From contig NC_010296.1 of the NCBI RefSeq assembly GCF_000010625.1, forward strand, positions 1,710,001-1,742,000: DNA of 32,000 nucleotides, in the 5' to 3' direction. The position numbers were made by a program, and so were the translations under genes. The notes beneath the pieces are model-generated. The model made no database searches and was not told the origin of the DNA. It worked only from the letters and a program-made list of their open reading frames with translations. This document shows, in pieces, positions 26,118-32,000 of the stretch (position 1 is its first letter; each line of letters opens with the position of its first letter). Source of the stretch: Microcystis aeruginosa NIES-843 (GTDB taxonomy: Bacteria; Cyanobacteriota; Cyanobacteriia; Cyanobacteriales; Microcystaceae).

Positions 26118-26948
26118 GTGTCCTGCCAGTTTCCCAAAAAGCCTTGGTATCCTCCGATGAGCTATAGTCTTTGGCGATCGCTTAAACCAGCGATTGGCTA
26201 TGAGAATTGGCATTGTCAGACAAAACGGGGGTTTGAAAAAGCGCGAAACAAAGAACCAGAAGTTCAAAGATTACTATCGCAAGATAATCAACCGCAAAAA
26301 ATTGGTAAGTTGGCACAACGAGGAGTTTTTGAGTTTCATCAAGAGCCAGGGAGATTATCGAGTCCTGATGGGGTGGAACAAGTCGCAGAAATCCTGCAAT
26401 TAAATCAAGAATCGCCAGAAATTCAAGCCAGGGTTTTAGTAATTTTAAACAATTACTATCAACAACCAATTTTATTGAATAAACAGATTATTGATTTACC
26501 TAGAGGTGATGAAGGTTATCCAGAACCTATTGTTATCGAGCAAGGTAACTATCGGTTTAATTTGTCCGCTGCCTTTGATTGTATTTTTAGAGAAGCTGAT
26601 GACACTATACATATTTTAGATTTGAAAACTGGTCAATCTAATTTTGATCGTCGTCAGGCTCATGTTTATTTACTGGCGGCTAGTTACCGTTATCCTCAGG
26701 AAAAAATTGTCGCTTCTTTTTACAATTTAGAAACCCAAACAAGCTCAGAAAATATCTCCCTGTCTTCCGAGGCAATAGAAGCAGTTAAAATCGAACTAGC
26801 TTTCCTGTCCAAAAAACATCAACAACAACTAAAAAAATATAAAAATCACCCCGAAGATTTTTATCATATTTTCCCGCCCCAAAGTGGCTATGCCTGTCGT
26901 TATTGTCCTTTTACATCGATTTGTGATTCTGCAAATAAGGAAGTTTAG
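26118..26948 (+). CDS. Cas4-like PD-(D/E)xK nuclease with a predicted 4Fe-4S cluster
   Basis: AAFDCIF (motif II Asp), ILDLKTG (D-x-K), RRQAHVYLL (QxxxY), and C-terminal CRYCPFTSIC = CX2CX5C, plus an N-terminal Cys (NWHCQ). Alternative ATG start at 26157. The stop lies 3 nt before the pAgo ATG. Confidence 0.8.
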   Translation: MSCQFPKKPWYPPMSYSLWRSLKPAIGYENWHCQTKRGFEKARNKEPEVQRLLSQDNQPQKIGKLAQRGVFEFHQEPGRLSSPDGVEQVAEILQLNQESPEIQARVLVILNNYYQQPILLNKQIIDLPRGDEGYPEPIVIEQGNYRFNLSAAFDCIFREADDTIHILDLKTGQSNFDRRQAHVYLLAASYRYPQEKIVASFYNLETQTSSENISLSSEAIEAVKIELAFLSKKHQQQLKKYKNHPEDFYHIFPPQSGYACRYCPFTSICDSANKEV

Positions 26949-26951
26949 ATC

Positions 26952-29195
26952 ATGAATTACACAGCAGCTAACACAGCCAACTCTCCAATATTTTTGAGTG
27001 AAATTAGTTCCTTAACTCTCAAGAATAGTTGTTTAAATTGTTTTCAGCTTAATCATCAAGTTACTAGGAAAATAGGTAATCGTTTTAGTTGGCAATTCAG
27101 TCGGAAGTTTCCCGATGTGGTGGTTATTTTTGAAGATAATTGTTTTTGGGTATTAGCTAAAGATGAAAAATCTATTCCTTCTCTACAACAGTGGAAAGAA
27201 GCTTTATCAGATATTCAAGAGGTTTTACGAGAAGATATTGGCGATCACTATTATTCTATTCATTGGCTAAAAGACTTTCAGATAACAGCTTTAGTTACAG
27301 CACAATTAGCAGTTAGAATTCTAAAAATATTTGGTAAATTTTCCGATCCAATAGTTTTTCCCAAAGATAGTCAGATAAGTGAAAACCAAGTACAGGTAAG
27401 GAGAGAAGTTAACTTTTGGGCAGAAATCATCAATGACACCGATCCGGCTATTTGTTTAACTGTTGACAGTAGTATTGTCTATAGTGGAGATTTAGAACAA
27501 TTTTATGAAAATCACCCCTATAGACAAGATGCTGTTAAATTATTAGTAGGTTTAAAGGTTAAAGATAGAGAAACCAATGGGACAGCTAAAATTATTAGAA
27601 TAGCGGGTAGAATTGGGGAAAGAAGAGAGGATTTATTAACAAAAGCCACAGGTTCAATTAGTCGAAGAAAATTAGAAGAAGCTCATCTGGGGCAACCAGT
27701 GGTAGCGGTACAATTTGGCAAAAATCCTCAGGAGTATATTTATCCATTAGCAGCTTTAAAACCCTGGGTGACAGATGAGGATGAGAGTTTATTTCAAGTC
27801 AATTACGGAAACTTATTAAAAGCAACAAAAATCTTTTATGCTGAACGACAAGAACTATTAAAGTTATATAAACAGGAGGCACAAAAGGCTTTAAATAACT
27901 TTGGGTTTCAGTTAAGAGAAAAAAGTATTAACAGCCAAGAATACCCCGAATTATTTTGGACTCCTTCTATTTCTATTGAGCAAACTCCTATCTTATTTGG
28001 TCAAGGAGAAAGGGGAGAAAAAAGAGAAATTATCAAAGGATTATCGAAGGGGGGTGTATATAAACGTCATCGAGAATATGTCGATCCTGCTCGTAAGATT
28101 CGTTTAGCTATTCTGAAACCAGCTAATTTGAAAGTGGGAGATTTTAGAGAACAATTAGAAAAGCGATTAAAACTTTATAAATTTGAGACTATTTTGCCAC
28201 CAGAGAATCAAATAAATTTCTCTGTTGAAGGTTTAGGATTTGAAAAAAGAGCTAGACTGGAAGAAGCAGTTGATCGATTAATTGGAGTAGAAATTCCTGT
28301 AGATATTGCTTTAGTCTTTCTTCCTCAAGAGGATCGCAATGCTGATAATACTGAAGAAGGGAGTTTATATTCGTGGATTAAAAGAAAGTTTCTGGGTCGT
28401 GGAGTTATAACTCAAATGATTTATGAGAAGACTTTAAATGATAAGAGCAACTATAAGAATATTCTCAATCAAGTTGTCCCAGGGATCCTGGCCAAATTAG
28501 GAAATTTACCCTATGTCCTTGCTGAACCTCTAGAAATTGCCGATTATTTTATTGGTTTAGATGTGGGAAGGATGCCTAAAAAAAATCTTCCGGGGAGTCT
28601 CAATGTTTGTGCAAGTGTGCGACTATATGGAAAACAGGGAGAATTTGTTCGCTGTCGGGTAGAAGATAGTTTAACCGAGGGAGAAGAAATTCCTCAACGG
28701 ATTCTGGAAAATTGTTTACCGCAAGCTGAACTAAAAAATCAGACAGTTCTCATTTACAGAGATGGTAAATTTCAAGGAAAGGAGGTTGAAAATTTACTGG
28801 CAAGAGCTAGAGCAATTAATGCTAAATTTATTCTCGTAGAATGTTATAAGACTGGCATTCCTAGACTTTATAATCTTCAGCAAAAACAGATAAATGCTCC
28901 CTCCAAAGGATTAGCTTTAGCTTTATCAAATCGGGAAGTTATCCTGATAACGTCCCAAGTTTCTGAACAAATTGGTGTTCCTCGTCCCTTGCGCTTAAAA
29001 GTTCATGAATTAGGAGAACAAAGAAACTTAAAACAGTTAGTTGACACTACGTTAAAATTAACTTTACTTCACTATGGTTCTCTCAAAGACCCCCGTTTAC
29101 CTATCCCTTTGTATGGAGCGGACATTATTGCTTATCGACGCTTACAAGGAATTTATCCTAGTTTATTAGAAGATGATTGTCAATTCTGGCTTTAG
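26952..29195 (+). CDS. Long prokaryotic Argonaute (pAgo), predicted catalytically active
   Basis: PIWI motifs: YFIGLDVGR (D537), TEGEEI (E576/578/579), LIYRDGKF (D604), LPIPLYGADIIAYRR (D724). MID 5'-end pocket candidates: YSWIKRK, TQMI, GILAKLG (Y-K-Q-K type). 747 aa, consistent with an N-PAZ-MID-PIWI architecture. Confidence 0.85.
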   Translation: MNYTAANTANSPIFLSEISSLTLKNSCLNCFQLNHQVTRKIGNRFSWQFSRKFPDVVVIFEDNCFWVLAKDEKSIPSLQQWKEALSDIQEVLREDIGDHYYSIHWLKDFQITALVTAQLAVRILKIFGKFSDPIVFPKDSQISENQVQVRREVNFWAEIINDTDPAICLTVDSSIVYSGDLEQFYENHPYRQDAVKLLVGLKVKDRETNGTAKIIRIAGRIGERREDLLTKATGSISRRKLEEAHLGQPVVAVQFGKNPQEYIYPLAALKPWVTDEDESLFQVNYGNLLKATKIFYAERQELLKLYKQEAQKALNNFGFQLREKSINSQEYPELFWTPSISIEQTPILFGQGERGEKREIIKGLSKGGVYKRHREYVDPARKIRLAILKPANLKVGDFREQLEKRLKLYKFETILPPENQINFSVEGLGFEKRARLEEAVDRLIGVEIPVDIALVFLPQEDRNADNTEEGSLYSWIKRKFLGRGVITQMIYEKTLNDKSNYKNILNQVVPGILAKLGNLPYVLAEPLEIADYFIGLDVGRMPKKNLPGSLNVCASVRLYGKQGEFVRCRVEDSLTEGEEIPQRILENCLPQAELKNQTVLIYRDGKFQGKEVENLLARARAINAKFILVECYKTGIPRLYNLQQKQINAPSKGLALALSNREVILITSQVSEQIGVPRPLRLKVHELGEQRNLKQLVDTTLKLTLLHYGSLKDPRLPIPLYGADIIAYRRLQGIYPSLLEDDCQFWL

Positions 29196-29206
29196 AGAGA
29201 AAAATT

Positions 29207-29437
29207 ATGTATAATTCCCCTAGCAATCTACACCATCTAGAAAAATTAGTCAGTGATTTAGTTACCCAAATTAGTTTACTGACGGCAGAAAATCGAGCCA
29301 TTAAAGAAAGATTAGCTTATCTTGAATGGGACTTGCACCGAGAAAATGGTTGTTTACAAGCCGAAAATTTATCTCTACGTCAAATGGTTGACTACTGCTC
29401 CGAAGAATATAATTCTCTTGAGGATTCTCTAAGATAA
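29207..29437 (+). CDS. Small coiled-coil protein (76 aa from ATG 29207; 86 aa if from 29177, overlapping the pAgo 3' end)
   Basis: Heptad-like Leu/Ile pattern LVSDLVTQISLLTAENRAIKERLAYLEWDL...LSLRQMV. Same strand as pAgo and directly after it, with AGAGAGAAAAA upstream of 29207. No family recognised. Confidence 0.45.
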   Translation: MYNSPSNLHHLEKLVSDLVTQISLLTAENRAIKERLAYLEWDLHRENGCLQAENLSLRQMVDYCSEEYNSLEDSLR

Positions 29438-29512
29438 TTACTATAGCAGTTACTAGGAATTGCATAGCTGGTTTTTTTTGGGGAGCAAGCTTTAGATTTT
29501 TTTCTTATTTCT

Positions 29513-31930
29513 TTGAGCGAAAAATGTCTATCATCAAAGGCGATATTATCCCGCCAATTTATGTTACCAGCGATCGGTCAAAATCATCCCCAATCTGGTA
29601 ATTATGCCCCCCTAGATAGCCATCTCTGGGCCGATGCCACCTATCCCCTCGGGGCGCATTATCGGGGCGATAGTGTCACCTTTGCCGTCTATTCTAGAAA
29701 TGCCAGTCAGATTCTTCTGGAAATCTACGATCGCCCGACGGGAGAAAACGCTAAGTATGATTACTGGTTGACAAAAAACCCAAATGATGATATATGGCGG
29801 GCAAAAATCGCTGGTATTGCCCACGGCAGCTACTACGCTTTTCGCTGTTGGGGTCCCAATTGGCAATTTGATCAAAAATGGCAAAGAGGCCACAGTAACG
29901 CCGGTTTTCGGGCAGATGTGGACGATTTCGGCCATCGTTTTAACCCCAATAAAGTCCTCTTCGATCCCTACGCGCGAGAACTTTCCCAGGACATTGAAAC
30001 CCCGGCCATGGTCGCGGCGGGAGAAAATGTTGGAATCTATGCCACAGGAGGGGGGGACTACAAAGGAGTGATCCAGCGGCAATACGATACGGGCAAATGG
30101 TCGCCCAAAGGCATTGTGATCGCTCCGGATGGGACTTCTACCGGGATTCGTCCCCGTCTGGGTGCCGAAAAAGCGATCATTTATGAGGCCCATGTACGCG
30201 GTTTAAGCAATCACCCCTCCGCTAGTCGTTTAGAAGATATTCTCAAGGGAATTAGGGGTTTTGAGGAAGTGGCCAACGTTCCCGACCGGTACAGGGGAAC
30301 TTATGCGGGAGCCGGCTATATGGCCAAATACCTAAAAGCGCTAGGATTTACCACGATCGAACTCTTACCAGTCCAAGAAACCGCTAACGATAATAACCCT
30401 GACGATCGCCCCAGCGGTAACTATTGGGGTTACATGACCTTTGGTTATTTCGCCCCCGATCGCCGTTATGCTTATGATCGCTCCCCCGGGGGACCCACCA
30501 GAGAATTTAAGGCCATGGTCAAAGCTTTCCACGACCAAGGCATGGAAGTTTATCTCGATGTGGTCTATAACCACACCGGAGAAGGGGGCAATTGGGGCAG
30601 CAACGATGTCACCGGATTTGTTAGTTTTGGTGGTTTTGATGTGGTGGAATACTATCAACTCACCGATGAACATTATCTAGTCGATGGGGCCACCGGCTGC
30701 GGAAATCAATTAAACTTTTCCCATATTGTCACCTGTAATCTGGTTCTTGATTCCCTCACCTATTGGTTAGAAACCATGGGAGTTGATGGTTTTCGTTTTG
30801 ATCTGGCCCCCGTCCTCGGCCGAACTCCTTCTAGTCATCAACGAGAAGATCGGGGCAAACAAAAACAATTCTTCCCTAAACATACTTTGTTAGAAAAGAT
30901 CGAGAAATTAGGCAAGAAATACGATGCGGAAATGATCGCCGAAGCTTGGGATAGCTGGGGTTACGAAGTGGGGAATTTCCCGACGGGTTGGGGCGAGTGG
31001 AATGGCCGTTATCGCGATGCAATTCGGCGTTTTTTAAAGGGAGATGGTAATACTTTTAAATTCATCGAACAGGTGAACGGAGATTATCACAATTTTAACG
31101 ACCAAGGCGGACCAGAAAAATCGATCGATTTTATTGTTGCCCACGATGGTTTTACCCTGATGGATTTGGTCAGTTATAACAGCAAAAATAACCTCACTCC
31201 CTGGCCCTTTGGTCCTTCCGATGGCGGCAATAGTAATAACGATTCTTGTGATTCTGGGGGTGATCAGGCCTTACGTCGCCAAAGATTACGCAACTTTTGG
31301 ACGATTCAATTTTTATCTCGCGGTGTGCCGATGACTGTCTGGGGCGATGAATTTGGCCGCAGCCAAAATGGTAATAATAATCCCTACAATATTGATAGTG
31401 TGGCCACTTGGAATAATTATGACATGATTGCCACCCGTTCACCCCATCTACTGCCCACGGGTTATCGGGAAGCTTATCACAATAATTTTGGCACGGGAAC
31501 TAATCAAGAAGAACGCAATCCTTTATTTATTTTTGCCGCTTATATTGCTCACTTAAGACAGAATCATACAGCCCTCAAACAGCGCCACTACGGTGATATG
31601 GTTCTCGATGCCAGTAATGATGTCACCTATTTATTTAAAAAAACCGATGGGGTTAGCGATTTAACTGCCGATGATCGCTGTATTTGGTTTTTAATTGATG
31701 GTAGTGCCGTCGGCGATCACGATTTTTTGGTGTTAATTAATATGTATCATCTGCCGGTGGATTTTCGTCTTCCCTCATCATCCAATAATTATCGTTGGCT
31801 AAGAATTATTGACACGGCCGCTTGGGCAGAAACCGATTATAATTGTTGGTCTGTGGATCAAGGGACAGTAATTGCCGATAACTATCAAGTCAATGGTTTT
31901 TCGATCGTGGTTTGCCAGGAGATTAACTGA
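29513..31930 (+). CDS. glgX: Glycogen debranching enzyme / isoamylase-type GH13 (GlgX-like)
   Basis: N-terminal CBM48-like YPLGAHYRGDSVTFAVYS. GH13 regions DVVYNHT, GVDGFRFDLA, EAWD and VAHDGFT. The start may be the internal Met at 29561. Confidence 0.85.
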   Translation: MSEKCLSSKAILSRQFMLPAIGQNHPQSGNYAPLDSHLWADATYPLGAHYRGDSVTFAVYSRNASQILLEIYDRPTGENAKYDYWLTKNPNDDIWRAKIAGIAHGSYYAFRCWGPNWQFDQKWQRGHSNAGFRADVDDFGHRFNPNKVLFDPYARELSQDIETPAMVAAGENVGIYATGGGDYKGVIQRQYDTGKWSPKGIVIAPDGTSTGIRPRLGAEKAIIYEAHVRGLSNHPSASRLEDILKGIRGFEEVANVPDRYRGTYAGAGYMAKYLKALGFTTIELLPVQETANDNNPDDRPSGNYWGYMTFGYFAPDRRYAYDRSPGGPTREFKAMVKAFHDQGMEVYLDVVYNHTGEGGNWGSNDVTGFVSFGGFDVVEYYQLTDEHYLVDGATGCGNQLNFSHIVTCNLVLDSLTYWLETMGVDGFRFDLAPVLGRTPSSHQREDRGKQKQFFPKHTLLEKIEKLGKKYDAEMIAEAWDSWGYEVGNFPTGWGEWNGRYRDAIRRFLKGDGNTFKFIEQVNGDYHNFNDQGGPEKSIDFIVAHDGFTLMDLVSYNSKNNLTPWPFGPSDGGNSNNDSCDSGGDQALRRQRLRNFWTIQFLSRGVPMTVWGDEFGRSQNGNNNPYNIDSVATWNNYDMIATRSPHLLPTGYREAYHNNFGTGTNQEERNPLFIFAAYIAHLRQNHTALKQRHYGDMVLDASNDVTYLFKKTDGVSDLTADDRCIWFLIDGSAVGDHDFLVLINMYHLPVDFRLPSSSNNYRWLRIIDTAAWAETDYNCWSVDQGTVIADNYQVNGFSIVVCQEIN

Positions 31931-32000
31931 ACTAACCAAACCCATATCGAGGGTAATTTAGAGACGGATCGGGCAGCCCACTAATATTGAGATCGAGATC

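Noticed and set aside
29441-29500. Possible terminator after the pAgo operon, suggested by a T8 run at ~29472-29479
   Set aside because: I could not find a convincing GC-rich stem upstream. The ATAGC motifs there are direct repeats, not inverted ones.
1-32000. Search by eye for tRNA, rRNA, tmRNA, riboswitch or CRISPR signatures
   Set aside because: I recognised no GTTCGAATC-type T-arms with matching acceptor stems, no rRNA-like conserved blocks, and no repeat-spacer architecture. A covariance-model scan would be needed to exclude small RNAs.

Overview
This is a cyanobacterial chromosomal window. It has HIP1 GCGATCGC octamers, petC-petA, glnA with a perfect NtcA box, and an rbcR/ycf30-type LysR gene. 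The dense MITE and heptamer-repeat load looks like Microcystis, but that is an impression, not a search result.

Core genes in order: sfsA (5' partial), a NYN/YacP-like RNase, an ECF-type ABC ATPase, petC, petA, a mannose-1-P guanylyltransferase, an ABC1 kinase, glnA, sppA, aroH, two alpha/beta hydrolases, rbcR, and a GH13 debranching enzyme. I recognised no tRNA, rRNA or CRISPR array.

Two accessory islands interrupt this backbone.

(1) 3.1-9.4 kb is a very AT-rich restriction-modification patch with no HIP1 seen across 3700-9427. It holds a gamma-class N6-adenine methyltransferase split by a ~235-bp MITE with a 6-bp target duplication; the frame restores exactly when the MITE is removed. It also holds a truncated MNT nucleotidyltransferase, a DUF559-like remnant, and an intact pair made of a 1100-aa Eco57I/MmeI-like methyltransferase and a 237-aa PD-ExK nuclease.

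(2) 24.9-29.4 kb is the most interesting locus. An XRE repressor and an ImmA/IrrE metalloprotease are transcribed divergently from a tightly coupled operon. That operon encodes a Cas4-like 4Fe-4S PD-(D/E)xK nuclease, a 747-aa long prokaryotic Argonaute with an intact DEDD tetrad and a YKQK MID pocket, and a 76-86-aa coiled-coil ORF. Two palindromic operators overlap back-to-back promoters in the shared intergenic region, so this is a candidate signal-inducible pAgo defence module.

Other features: an IS200/IS605-type tnpB-only element inserted in an M48 peptidase gene, two recurrent MITE families (one carrying a G-quadruplex-capable GGGGTGT tract), and CTGATAA heptamer arrays abutting start codons.
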